Below, in pieces: positions 37,421 to 50,683 of a DNA stretch of 64,000 nucleotides. The stretch is taken from assembly GCA_050575255.1 (NCBI GenBank), contig JBNZDD010013542.1, forward strand, positions 590,955 through 654,954. Reading direction: 5' to 3'. Made by a program: the position numbers and the translations under genes. Source of the DNA: Harriotta raleighana. Its lineage: Eukaryota. Each line of letters begins with the position of its first letter. Position 1 is the first letter of the stretch. The notes under the pieces were generated by a model. It saw only the letters and a program-made list of their open reading frames with translations, ran no database searches and had not been told where the DNA came from.

Positions 37421-39859
37421 TTTCAGTGTAGTAGTTAATCATGCCTAGGCCTAGTTTAATCTCTAAAATACTTTACGTTAGTTGACCACAGGCAGATCAG
37501 GAGGAGGGCTACAATGCCTGTGAGATAGAAAAGGAGAAAAAAAAATGACAGCTATGATTTCTGCTCCTGACTGCTGCTGATTCCTGAGGCATGTGTGGAC
37601 ATTGGTTGAGGAGTGGACGAGGCTGCGATATTCCTCATCATGAAATAATCTGCAAACAGTCACAGTCTAACATCTAACAAAAACGAAACGCCACTTGGGT
37701 GTGGCACTGACAGTTTTCCGTGGCCTGCAGAATGGTACCCAGACACGAGCAAGCAGCTTGGAGAGAAAAGGGGAGAAAATTGGAAAAACTAAATTTGACA
37801 AATGAAATTCTCAGGAAGAGAATGAAGCGATGGAGCCGAGTTCATTAGATGAGTGACTCGGAAGATAAATTTCATTTAGTGCAGGTGCCCCATTGTGAAT
37901 CCGCTCTATCCATCTGTCCGATCAGTTCTTTCTACTATCTGAACTGACACACTGATTGATAATTTCACCGTGCTGATGAGTTTTGAACTTTTGCTTCACC
38001 CACCTGGCTGCTCTCACTTTATACACCACACGACAGCTCCTCTCTCAGGATGTTAAATTGGATGAAAGAGGCTTCCAGGACAAGGGAGCACATGACACCA
38101 ATATCTTTAAAGCTTCACACAGGCCAAGAAGAAGAAGATGGAGGGCAGAATGACTGTGATCGGTGTGAGCCCCTGAGGCATGTGGCCCCATCCTGAAAGC
38201 CTGTTCTGCTTTATGTCTGCACATCTCAGTCTTCTGTGAAACAACACCATCCATTCAAAGAGGTTTTTAAAAAATAATTCCAAAGTCATTATTAATGAGT
38301 GTTTTTCTTTCATTTTGTTGATTTACAACACACACGTTTCCCCATAGTCAGTGACTGATCTCAGATCTTGGCTCTGATCACTAAACAAAATAAAAGTGGG
38401 ATTTCCCATTACAAAAGAGAGTAAAAAGATTACTATTTACTGCGAGGAGAATAAAACTGATTCCCCTGTCTCCGTTTTCCTCCTTTTTTCTCTCTTGCTG
38501 TCCTAAAGACGTGACTCTTGCTGAAGGGATGGTTCCATAGATGTCAGACACCCTCCAGTAACCTGCTGAAGTGCCCATTTTTCATGTCTAAGTCTACAGA
38601 GTGACTATTGGCAGGGTGTTCGACCAGGAAAGCATCACAGTTGAGCCTGGTCTTCAACTCTCCAAACTTCACACATGTACACTTTCCAGAAAAGATGGCA
38701 ATCAGCAATGAGAATCCTGCACTGTGTGGCTTTCAACCTCTCTACACAACAGACTCTGAGAATAATTTACCTGTTGAGGCAGCAAGAAAGCCAACAGAAT
38801 AAGTTCCTCCAAGATCTGAAATTTTAATATGAATTTTATTGCAAAACAGGCTTTTTTTTTCTAAGCCTTTAATTATCTAGTTACAGATAATACTTTTGGA
38901 AAGGGGGAAACATCAGAATAATTAATGTATTATGCCTGATATGTAACAGATATCTGTGGTGTTTCGGCCTACATGTGAGGCTAATGGACGATACTATTAC
39001 ACACTCGGCCACAATGTATGAAAAGAAGGCTGTGTTTTCCAGGTCATGCTGGAGGCTAGAATACACAGTAAAAGGGCAGAAAATGTCAGTAAGCATCAAT
39101 GAGGTCATAGTCAAGTGTCGGAGAAAAGCTGTAAGGCGCCATATAAATGTTCATGTTCACAGTTCATTTCTCAGGGTAAATTTACAACGATCATGTGGCC
39201 AAATTACAAGGAGCCTGAGGAAAGACAAATCACACCAGTCTCTCTCCAAACATGAGTGAGCCCTCACCAGCAAGCATCAAGTACTTTCTTAAAGGTCAAA
39301 TCACAACACTGAAGAAATAATTTGTTGAAGGCATTCTCAAATATTTCTCACTTCCTCATCCAATTTCTTTCCCTCTGATTTCCTCTCTTCTATTGGAAGG
39401 TACTGACTGACTTGTGCAGGCACGACTGTCCTTGATCAAACAGACATCGCTTGTGAACCTGGTCTGTGAGTGTCAAGAAGCTATTCAACTGTACTTGGGA
39501 TTGCAACTGGGCCCAATATTGTCCTCAATGAATCCGCACATAGGCACTGGATAGTGATCAGGATTGGAAATGCTGGCTGATTTTATGCCTTCCTATCCCA
39601 GGGGATTCCGTTGCCTAGAAACTTTCCCGAGTGCACAAATATCCGGTAAAGAGAGGTTTGTTTGAATGTAATGTCCCCTTTTATTAAATGGACGCTCACT
39701 GCCTATGTTAACAGAAGTGTATCAGTTTGGTTCACTGGTAGCTAAATCAGAATAATAATAATAATCCTTGCATTTGATTTAGCGCTTTTCACATCTTATC
39801 AACGTCTCAAAGTGCTTAAAGGTTGTGGTTTAATTCCTGTGTCAGGACATGAACTCACA

Positions 39860-40240
39860 TCGTCTAAGATGGTCCTCCAATGCAATGCTGGTGGGGGGTT
39901 GTTGCATTGTTAGAGGTCAAGGACGGATGAGATGTTAAACCGAGCTCTTGTCTGCATGGACAGATGGACGATAAAGATCCTGTGGCACTAGTCGAGAAGA
40001 GAATGGAACTTCTACCTCTTGGTGTCCTGGCCAACAATCCCCCAAATAAAATTGGTCATTTGTTTCAAGGCTGTTTGTGGGTTATTGTGTGTGCAATTGT
40101 GCCACTGTGTTTGCCGACAAACAGAGTCACTCCACTTAATAATATCATTATTATTAACAGTAAATCTTGTGAAGAGTTTCTTGTGAGACATTCTTACAAT
40201 GTAATAATACACTATGCCTAATGCAAGGATTATTATGATT
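39860..40240 (+). mobile_element. Old DeuSINE (SacSINE1/AmnSINE1-like) element
   Basis: ggatgagatgttaaaccgag..taaagatcc.gtggcact..gaagag..ggtgtcctggccaa resembles the Deu domain as I recall it. Confidence 0.7.
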
Positions 40241-41314
40241 AAAGAACAGTCAGTGAGTGATGTCCCAGAGAACAGACAGTGACTGTTACTTCAGTTGCCA
40301 CAACCCTTTGCCTGAAAGGCTGGTGGAAGCCGATTTGATAACAACGTTTAAGAGAGAATTTGGGGAGGACAGGTTTGCAGGGCTATGGGCAGAGAGTGGG
40401 GGTGGAGGATTGATTTAGACAGCTCTTTTCAAAGATATAATGGGCTGAATGGCCTCCTCTGTGCTGTATAACTCCATGATTCTAAATCAGCATCTTAAGA
40501 AATAGATGCACTCAATGTGAAGCAGAGCTGGACTGAGGCCACCTGAAGTACAAGATCATGCAATCCATCCTTGAATCTAAGACCACAACTTTACCTTTCA
40601 ATAAGAAAATAACTAGTCTTTAACACATCATAAAACCCATGAGCCATCCCAGCAAACTGGACCTAAAATAGCAGCTGCTGATAATGCAGATGATTTTATT
40701 TCTATGATATTCATAGCTCAGTCTTTTAGCTATCACATTAATGCTTAGGGAGGGGTCCAAGGGAGGGGGAGGAAGGAAAGGGAGGAAATGACAGACAGAC
40801 AATGAGATTGTCTTTTCCTCTCCGATGGCATACAGGTCATATGTGACTCGCGTGTCTTACGATTGCTGGAGCAGGAGACGGAAACTTCTGTTGTGTACAT
40901 CATAAATAAATGCTATAATTTGAATCTGTACCACACATATTGCATTGTTGATATCCGAAAAGTTTTTTTGTTTTAAGCATGAACATTGATTTCAGCACCA
41001 AAGGTGTTTGAGGGAGATTGCAGACTTGATCTGTTTCACTTTGGGTAAATGTAAAAAAAAATGAAATGTATGTTTTCTCAGTCTGTTCAATAATATTTCA
41101 CCGGGGAGCACTACACTGTGTTGATGTTACCCCGGACAGAATTTTGATTTATACAAGAGAAACCTACTGGCAGCTTTTCACCTGACAGTACAGAATGTAT
41201 ACTTTGCATTTGCTGCTTGAGGAGCTGTTGTTTGAGGAGCTGTTGCTTTCAATGCTGTCTGATGAACCCCATTCCTCTCACTCATCTATTTTGCAATGTT
41301 CAAACTAATACAAC

Positions 41315-41622
41315 TTAGCAAGCGAAAGACCTGGGTTTGATTCCCACCAGAACTAAATGTTAGGCAAGATTCTTTACTCCACCTTTCTGTTTACCTAGCA
41401 GTAAGTAGGAACCTCATTGTTACTCAATTGGTCGATTATGTTTCTGGGGATAATAATTCCTTCAAAAAAAAAAGGATTACTTAATCCACAACTGTTTGTG
41501 GAATACTGCTGTGCACAATTGGATGCTGTGTTTCGTCCACAAAATATACAGTCAATTCATTTCACACTTTGAGACATCTCAATGACATGATAATCACTAT
41601 ATCAAATGCAAGGGTTATTATT
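41315..41622 (+). mobile_element. tRNA-derived SINE, long subfamily
   Basis: tctgtttacctagcagtaagtagg..ggggataataat plus body and tail. Confidence 0.85.
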
Positions 41623-41894
41623 AACATCTGATACCCTTCGCTTAACACTCACTGGTACACCCCACTGTAACACTGATATACAATTACAAATATAAATTTC
41701 CTTAGGAAGACATCTCAAAACCACCTCACACAGCTGATAAGGAGCTTAATGAGGATTCAGAGCAAGAGAAGACGGCCGAGCATATGGTTGAAAAGATTGA
41801 TGTTACTCCAGGTTATAGTCAACACTCCTTGCTGCAAAACTCTAATGTATCCCATGCTCATCACTATAACACTCGCTGATATAATAAATAATAA

Positions 41895-42200
41895 GTAATA
41901 ATAATCCTTGCATTTGATATAGTGCATTTCACATCTTCTAGACGTTTAAAGCACAGAATCAGTATATATCAGTAAATTCTGTGAAGTGTTTTTCATGCCT
42001 AGAAGACATGGAAAGTGCCATATCAAATGCTAGGACTATTATTATTATTAATTAAAGTAAATTGATTGTATATACAGTATGTGGGTGAAACGTGGCAGCC
42101 AATTGCGCACAGCAGTGTCCCACCAACAGTCACAGATTGAAATAACCAATTTGTTTTTGAGGGATTATTATTAGGCATGTGGAGTAACGAAACTCGACCA
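41895..42200 (-). mobile_element. SINE containing an oppositely oriented SINE tail
   Basis: Reverse tail, forward tail, then the remainder of the reverse body. Confidence 0.8.
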
Positions 42201-43539
42201 GGTTGGAATTACTTTGCACCCCTCAATGTGACTCTGTTATGTACCTCTCACTCTCATGGAATCATCCCAGATATATCCTTATGTATCCCACAATCTAATA
42301 CATCCCACAATCTTCATTGCATACTTTCCTATATAGCCTTCCTCCTCTGATTGTAAATGTGATGATATCCCACACTGTGATATTCTCTATATCTCTTTCT
42401 AAAACTCTGATAAATCTTACACCACTCCACTCACAGTAATATTATAACTATTGAAGTAGCTCGGTACGAGCCTTAAAAACAATTAAATCAATTAAATGAT
42501 TTGAATGATTGAAACGTGAGTCCTGACTGGTGTTTGTCCACTTAACCAATTAACAGTCAATGGCTGAATTGCAGCCCGTATAAAACACAGTAAAGTTAAA
42601 ACAGTTTGTTTAATTAGCGCTCACAAACTAAAGGTCACAACAAAGTGGGTTATATTTCTCTCATCTTCCACACTTAGACACCAGCATCCCCCGTAAAATA
42701 ACAGCATCGTTCATTTTTCCACTTGACCCACTCTGAATGGGAGTTATTTGAATTTTCTGTACAGATTGTCAGATTCAATCACTTGCCGGTGGACCTGGAG
42801 ATAAAAACACCAGATGGGTGTTTTTTTTAATAGCACTTATTTTATATTCAGCTGCACAAAGTGATACAGAAACCAAAGCGCTGTCTAGGCATGTGTGTTA
42901 CATTCTGTGACAATGAAAGATTAATTTGTCAATTAATTGAGATCAGATTGAAAATTTCCTTCCAAAATGAAATTACGATGCAGCTGGATGAACAAGCCTT
43001 TAATCGACTTCTCGAACGTGTGCGCATGAGAAGCGATTCTCCACTGTCGGTATATTTACCAACCTTGGTGATGTGATCTTATAATACAAACAATACTGAC
43101 CAGCAGACAATAAAGATGCTCTGCCCTGCTCACCACCTCCCTTCCCCTCCACAAACATGGTACCATTGCAGTTGTCTTTTCTGTTTGTATGTGTGGTGGT
43201 TGTTTTTTTAAATTGAAACATTCTAGTGCAAAACCCCATCAGGTTTGGAAAGAAACAGAAGACAAGTTAAATCAGGAAGTGGTTGACTGATGCCTCGCTG
43301 GAGTTTTAAAAGCAGCAGCTTCAAGCGAAGACCAAAGGAAGAGAGAATTTCTTTTAGTCTTGAGATCTCAGGAAAGAATTAGTTACAGTAGGAGATTGTG
43401 CAATTAGTTTCAATTTCACCTCATTTGGATGCAGAGGAGGAATGCTGCTTGGGGAATCATAGCATTAGCCTCAGTCATGTTGATACAATATGTGTTTGTG
43501 CAATCTACGTGCTGTTCAATCTGAGTCTCTTAGTGGAAT

Positions 43540-43880
43540 GATAATAATCCTTGCATTTGATATCACGTCTTCCGAGAATATACTGTAAAGTGAATTGGTC
43601 CGGAATGTCTGAAAGGGTGGTGGAAACAGATTCAATTCAACTTTGAAAAGGTAATTAGATAGGTACTCAAAAAGGAAAAAATTGTAGGGGTTTGGGGAAA
43701 GAGTTGGGGAGTGGAACTGATTGAATAGCTCTTCTAAAGAGCTGGCACAGGCACGATGGGCTGAATGACCTCCTTCTGTGCTGTAATATTCTGAATCAAC
43801 TGTATATTTGGGGGGTGAAACGCAGCAGCCAATTGCACACAGCAGTATCCCACAAACAGTCTTGGATTGAGTGTCTAATT
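43540..43880 (-). mobile_element. SINE interrupted by a plus-strand CR1 3' fragment (about 43580-43795)
   Basis: SINE sequence on both sides of the CR1 3'UTR gatgggctgaatg.cctccttctgtgctg. Confidence 0.75.
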
Positions 43881-44089
43881 TATTATTTTACATTATAAGT
43901 ATACATATCTAATATGTGTGTTTGTGGTGAGAGAGAACATGCCTGGGAATTGCATATTGATGCTTCACTGTTACAGAATAAGAAGAATGTCTCAGATAAT
44001 ATAAACGAGAAGCAACACTTTTAGATATCCCAAGGAACCAAGCCAGAGGTTGCAAGGATAGAGTTTTTTTTTATGGAGGTGACCGTGAG

Positions 44090-44930
44090 TAACTGCATAA
44101 TGTATTGTACCTAGACTTCGAGAAGGCCTTTGACAACTTACTATATTACAAACTGATGTCACTGGGCATCAAGAATAAAAATGGACATGGATCACTACAT
44201 GGCAATCCCATTATAATGCCTTCTGTTGGTGTGCGTGGCTTCACCAATAATCTGATAGTGCTCATGTGGTGTGGAAGATCAACCGTGCAAAATCGTACAA
44301 ATCATCTTACAACAAATCTTACAAAGGAAGTTCATTTGATACATATCATGGCTGATCATGAGCAAATTAAGTTGAAAGAGACCCAAAGATATTAGTTGAC
44401 CTGCCGTTTTCCATATCAAAAGACTGTGAGGCAGCAATCAACAAACCAACTACAAAATTACATTTGTATAACACAGGATTTGGGGCTATTTGCTAAATCA
44501 GTTGAGTTTATATCACCTGAAGTCATGCTCAGCCTCTACAGTGTTCTCTGATCAATACTACACCTGGAGAACTGAATAGTTCTGGTGACTGTGACATAAC
44601 TACCTGTAGATAGCACAAAAGAGAGCAATGAGGGTTACCCCCAATTTGAGAGGGCTGAGACAGGAGTAACAACTAGTTAAGCTATTTTCAGTCTTGAAAA
44701 TGAACATCTCAGAAAGAATTTAAATAGGGAAGATACTGGATGGAATTGAGAAAGTAAACTCAAAACAAAGCTTCCAGATATGCATAAGCTAAAGGACGAG
44801 AGGACACATGTTATGATGTACAAATTTAGAACAGACACCACAAAGTATGTCTTGCCCCAGAAGATAATCAATGGCTGGAATGGTTTGTCATGAAGGCTGG
44901 GTAATACATTTACAAATAGTTTGATGCTGT
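44090..44930 (+). mobile_element. Highly degenerate CR1-like LINE fragment
   Basis: YLDFEKAFD motif and downstream CR1-like remnants. Confidence 0.55.
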
Positions 44931-46568
44931 GAGTACACCAACATGTTCACAGTAGAGAGCCTGGACATTCAGAACTTGACCGATATAAATTCACTAATTC
45001 ATTGTTTTCACCCACAAAATACACCCAGTTCACTTTACAATAAATTCGATGAAGCGTTTTGAGGTGTCTCGACGATATGATAAAGCACATATATCAAACG
45101 CCAGGATTATTATTATTTTTTTGCAACTGATCTGTACTTCCAAGAATCCAAAGTAGAATTGTGGTGGCCATTTAATTCCCAGTTTACATGTCCTTAAATT
45201 GCTTTGGGATTGTGTGGCAAAGAATGGATTTCCTGGGTCTATTGATTATATCTTATTGTGCATAAAGCTTGCTGAGTTACTGTAACGCCGCAAGTCACCC
45301 TGCCCCCTTGCCTTTCTAGCTGGCCTCATTAGTGCTACAAAAGCTGCAAAAATCTCTCCTATTCACAAGGCCATAGATTAGGACTTTTTTTGTTTTACAG
45401 AAACATCCTGTCAGGTAGGATCGATTTGGACACATAATGACCCAGTGAAAAGAATAAGATAGTGTCATTTGCTAATCTTTTTCCTTACTCTTTCCACAGA
45501 TTATTTTTGGTATATCACTAGGGTTCTTGACAATTCCTGAGCATGTGATCCAGACCTTTGGCTCTTTATGACAAAAACAGACAAGTGACTTTGCCTCCTA
45601 AAGCTCACGTTTTGATGCGCATAAGTGTCGGTGGCAGTGGGGAAATTACATCCACATAGAAATAAATTGAATTATATTCCTATCATTTTTACTATAAAAC
45701 CAATTATGAGATTGAGAATTAGATCACTCATGCATGTACCATACATAGTATATTTTTTTCTTTCTTAGCCTTCATTTTCTCGGCTCCTCTCTTGAAGTCA
45801 CTGAGAGTGGGGACAGCATGATAGGTATCAGCCATCTTTGATACCTCTCCGTGGAGGAACATAGGCAGCGACAGCACACACTTTCTGGCTAGCAGGTCTG
45901 CAGCAGAAGTGCCAGTTGACTCATCTATGAATCAGTATTTAAAGGTGCAAGGTGATAGTAGGACAATGTCATTGTAGTCTGTCTCAGCTTGAATATATAC
46001 TGTACGCAGTCAGCAAAGTCACTGCCCAATGTGAAACTGAGCCATACAAAACACGGGATATAGGTTAAATCCTTGGTGCTCTTGGGCGAGAAAGAAATTA
46101 GGTTCTCACTCTGGAATGCTGTCCTGTCATCTGTCCTGGAAAGTGCTAATGTATGAACACTGGGCGAGGATAATGTAGGAATCAGCTGTGATGTGCCCAA
46201 TGCTGACAGGCTCTGTCAGAATGGAGATCCCAGGTTTCCACTGGCTGCAAAACCATATTCCAGCACAGGCCAGTTAGTGCCTTTTACAAAGGGTGGGGAG
46301 AAAATATGTGGAGGGGAAATCTTCTTTACCCTAACAGCCTCGCTCTCGAGAGTCTGAGAGCTTTTGATTGCATCATGATTAGAGAGTGGAAATAAGTGCC
46401 TTGTTTACTATGTGTGAAGAGCACAAGATCCATTGTGGTGTCAGCCTCCTGCATGGGTTAAAAACATGGCACTTCTTCACACTCACCAATCATGATGGTG
46501 TATCTCATTCACCACTGTTCTGTCACTGGCTAATAGGCCAATCAATTCAAGCCTTTGTGCAGCACAGG

Positions 46569-46585
46569 TGACCTGGAGTTGAACC
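46569..46585 (-). promoter_or_regulatory. DR5 retinoic acid response element motif GGTTCA-actcc-AGGTCA
   Basis: Plus strand reads TGACCT-ggagt-TGAACC, matching RGKTCA-N5-RGKTCA. Confidence 0.5.
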
Positions 46586-47970
46586 AGTGAATAATCGCCT
46601 AGAAACAGTAATATCCCAGCCAGTAACCAAGTAATTATTCACGGGCGTTGGGACTGAAACTACAGCTACAGCAAAGTGAAATGGGAGAAAGAATAATTTT
46701 CTCTCTCTAATGCTGAATGTTGTAGAAACATAATTTAACAGACGCCCAGATCCTTAAATCATTTCCTCATTGTCCCTATTTACTTATATTATATATACGC
46801 AGAATAGAGAATTTCTCTGTAATCAATTGCAATTATTTCTTGCTGAACGTTTGGCAGTAACATCAGAATCATTAACCCTGCATTGTGCTGGCTGTGAATT
46901 GTCAGGATAGAACACAATGCCACTGGTCACCATAAGCAGCGCTGTGGATGGAGAAACACAGCAAATACAATGAAACCAACAGCAAGTTCAAATGGTGTGA
47001 AATGTCGATAAAACCCAAATCTATCAATATAAAATAAACACAGAACATGAAAACACTTCACAGCAGAAAAATCAGCAACTGAAAGAGAAGGGCAGGTTAA
47101 CCATAACGTTTCATCCAATAGATGATCCCAACTGAAATGTTAATCTCTCTGACACTACTGCAACAACTTGCATTTATATAGCACCCCTCACAGTATATAT
47201 AGCACCCTTCCTTACACAGGGTAGCGTCCCAGAGCTCCTGATTTGCTGTCGATTTCCAGCAAATTCTGGATTTATTTAAGAATGTATATTTGTTTCAGGA
47301 AAGGGACTTTGGGATATTAGGACAACAACAACTTGGATTTATATAGCACTATGTAAGCGATTCATAGCGCTTCAAACCTTTGGTTCTAGGTTCTAACCAA
47401 GAATCAAAGCGCTCTACCCTACATATAGGGCGTTATACAAGGGCAAGTTGTTGCTGTTGTTGGCCCCACCTACCTAATATAACCGTACTCAAGCTACTCT
47501 GCAGATTCATGATCCCAGGAGCAATTTGGATAAAGACCCTTCAAGCCACTTGATCATATCTTTCCAGAATACTCAGTGTATGTTGCTCACATCACAACAT
47601 TAAATAGATCTTTAATGAGTTCAGTGTTTTGGTCTCAGTCTGCTTTTCTGTTAAGCTATTCTATTCATTAATTATTGAATGTGTAAAAACAAATGACAAT
47701 TCCTATTCCAAAAATGCTTTAGACTGTAACATTCCCTGATCCAACTTCTAATTGGGCACTTTAATTTCTTGACTGATATGTATGGTAGTCCATTTGGGTG
47801 AACATTTATTTGTAGCCTTTCTAATGACCAATAACAAAGCAGCCAGCTCTGGATAATGATACTATATCACCTGCCAACTCTGTTTGTCACCAACTGGAGG
47901 TTGGATAGAACAAAAATATGAAAGGAGATTGTGAGCTATGGATGTGATGAATGGATTCAGCATCTTGTGT

Positions 47971-48263
47971 ATAATAATAATCCTTGCATTTGATATAGCA
48001 CTTTTCAAGTCTTCTAGACATCTCAAAGCACTTCACAGAGTGAACTGACTGTATATTTGTGGGCGAAATGCGGTAGCCAATTACGCACAGCAATGTCCCC
48101 ACAAACAGTCGTGGATTGAAGTGACCAATTTAATATTTTTTTTCTTGAGGGATTATCAGGTGTGTGGAGTAAGGAAACATGCCTAAGGTTTTGCCCTGCT
48201 GGGTATCAAATCCAGGTACCTCGCTTGCAAGGCGAGTGCTCTAACCACTGAGCTGCAGTACTC
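47971..48263 (-). mobile_element. tRNA-derived SINE, short subfamily, about 140 nt downstream of the SH3 exon
   Basis: Full head-to-tail match. Confidence 0.9.
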
Positions 48264-48400
48264 TATATCATATCAAATATTATAACAGAATGAACTGAGA
48301 ATAATTGAAGAGGCCAAGTCAAGATCCAAAGAAGTTGCTTATGCTTATTCATTATTAAGACAAATAATTGAGGAATGGATGAAATATTCTGCCGTCTTAC

Positions 48401-48513
48401 CTTGCTCAGGATCTGGATCATGTCTCCCCGCTGAAATGACAGCTCGTCCAACCCCTCGCTAGTGCAGTCCCACAGGCCTCGATAGTAGTTTGCATAACTT
48501 GAGACAGCATTTC
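48401..48513 (-). CDS. SKAP1: SKAP-family adaptor, SH3 domain N-terminal exon ([38 protein letters not shown])
   Basis: 113-nt exon with acceptor ctcttcttgaacag| and donor AAG|gtaaga. The YYxGLWDC...DELSFxRGD..ILSK pattern is the characteristic SKAP1/SKAP2 SH3; FQRGD favours SKAP1. Confidence 0.95.
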
Positions 48514-50368
48514 CTGTTCAAGAAGAGGTTGTGGCCATTAGAATATTGATTTGCACTATTTACATGGCTTTTGTTAATTGAGCAATAATGCACAAGTGGT
48601 AAGTAGGAGTGTGGCAGGTTGGAACAGAAGTATACGTTAAGTCACTTAAATCAGTCTGTCCTCAGTGACACCCAGCTGCACTCCCGTATGGCAATTATTG
48701 CCACTTAATCACATCTTAAATACATGGGCTGTTGATGGGCAGAATTGCAAATACAATTTTGTCTGGATCAGTCTGTGGGGGGAGGAAGAGAAAGCAGTCC
48801 CTAGAGTGAGGTAGATGTTCACTTCTTCATGGGAAAAGGCAATATAGCAGAAGAATCTTCGCAGGTTACTTTAATTCTCCTTCCTCTTTACGTACTGCAA
48901 CATGGTGCGAGCTGGAGATTTATTTCAGAAGTATTTCTCTACACAGAGGGGAATCTCGCAAATACTAGGAAGGGTAGTTGAGGCCAAAACACTAGATTCA
49001 TTTGAGAAACAGCTTGATGCTGGAATGGGAAAACAGTAGAATGGATATTCTGGAAAGATGGGCAAATTTGTGCTATAGGTCCATGTCTAACAGGAACTGG
49101 GTTAATACTGTTGAAGCTCATTTAATAGTGGATCCTTACACAGCCATCAGAGAGAGAGAGAGAGGGATGCAGTCTATTTCTTAGAGCAGTCTCTTTCATA
49201 AATAATTCAGTTCAGCTTTTTAAATTATACATAAAATTAATTTGCAAATGTGTGTTCTTGCTACAGAGCAGTAACTAACATAAGTCAGATTGGCAATGAG
49301 ATGTACCTCATGGGTTGAGCTCATTGCTAAGACTCAGGTGGCCCATAAGATATGGCACAGCCACTGCATTGATCCTGAGGCCCCTTCCTGAGGATGTGGA
49401 ACCTATGCATGTATTATTCACGTAAGAAAAGAATCATGCAGCACAGAATGAGCTATTTTGCTGGACTCAAAGGCAGATCCAAAATGAAACTCTGGGCCCA
49501 AACAAGAAAAGTGACCTATTAAGGGGTATTTCTCTTCCTCTCTTTCTCAATGGCTGAATTGAAATGAGATCGGGAAGGTGAGAGATGCTCCGGAAGTAAC
49601 AGAAACCTTCAGAAGTTCCAATAAAACATCATTTCAAATAAAGATTGAATCCTAAGCTCTTAGTTCCTTATATTGATCCCTCTCTCTGCCTCCCTTTTGA
49701 ACCCTTCCTTTACCTCCAAGAGGTTAATGCATTTGATTATAAGTCAAGTTAAGTTTTCTGAATCTAGAAAGAGGAAGGATTATCCTAAACCTGGAGTAAA
49801 CGCCAGATTGAATTCAACCTTTTCTCACTGTAGCAATAATTTAGGGAACAGATAGAAGTGAACTAGATGTCAGATGCTGAAAGACATGGATAATGTGCAT
49901 GTGACTAACTCATTTAATTGAAACCCTGATCCCAGAACAGGCCAGAATACAAAATATGACTAGCCTCAAGCAAGGCTGAAAATTGGAAGAAAACAATTCT
50001 ATAGAACAGCTGATAAGGACAGCAAACTCCCTGGGTACTTGTTAAAGATTTGTCGTATGTTGCCTAACTCCTTTTATTAAAGTTGGAACATCTGGTTGAA
50101 GATGGGATTAAAGGTTATTGGGGTAAGTACTCATAAAGGTGATCAAATACTTCAAAGAAATCGAAAGGCCAAGGCAAGTGAGATTATATTTGAGGTTAAT
50201 GTAGAGCTCTCACTCAACTATTAAGGGAAGAGTGGGGGAGTTCAGGAAAATATCATAAGATCATTTTGGATGAAGAAGGACCATCCTTCCAGTACACCCA
50301 CTGTTCTCCCACCACACGATCAAGCTGCTTTTTAAATGACTCCAGTCTCCTGATCTCAAACACTCAAA

Positions 50369-50683
50369 CAGTAAAACCTTGATAACCCAAGCACCCAGAT
50401 TTTGGGGTTTTTCAGTATTTAAAACTACCCTAGAAATGGCCGGGAAAGCCCTGCCCCATACACCAAGTGAGCTGTAAACACAGCGCTGAAGCCAAACAAT
50501 GACCGAGCTCTAGCCACAGCGCTGGATGACAGAGCGGCCACGCTGGGATCTACAAACCGCTGTTCCCAACTTCGGGAGATTTGCTGACATCATAAAAAAA
50601 TCTAATGGTGTTTGTATTTTGAAATCTTGCCGGTTTTAGGGAGTTGCTGGCTTTCGGAATGTCGGATTATTGAGGTTTTACTG
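50369..50683. mobile_element. Tigger-like MITE
   Basis: cagtaaaacctt.ataa.cc ... ggattattgaggttttactg|TA. Confidence 0.75.

Noticed and set aside
48263-48451. [13 protein letters not shown]... as a standalone gene
   Set aside because: It is part of the SKAP SH3 exon read through its donor at 48400.
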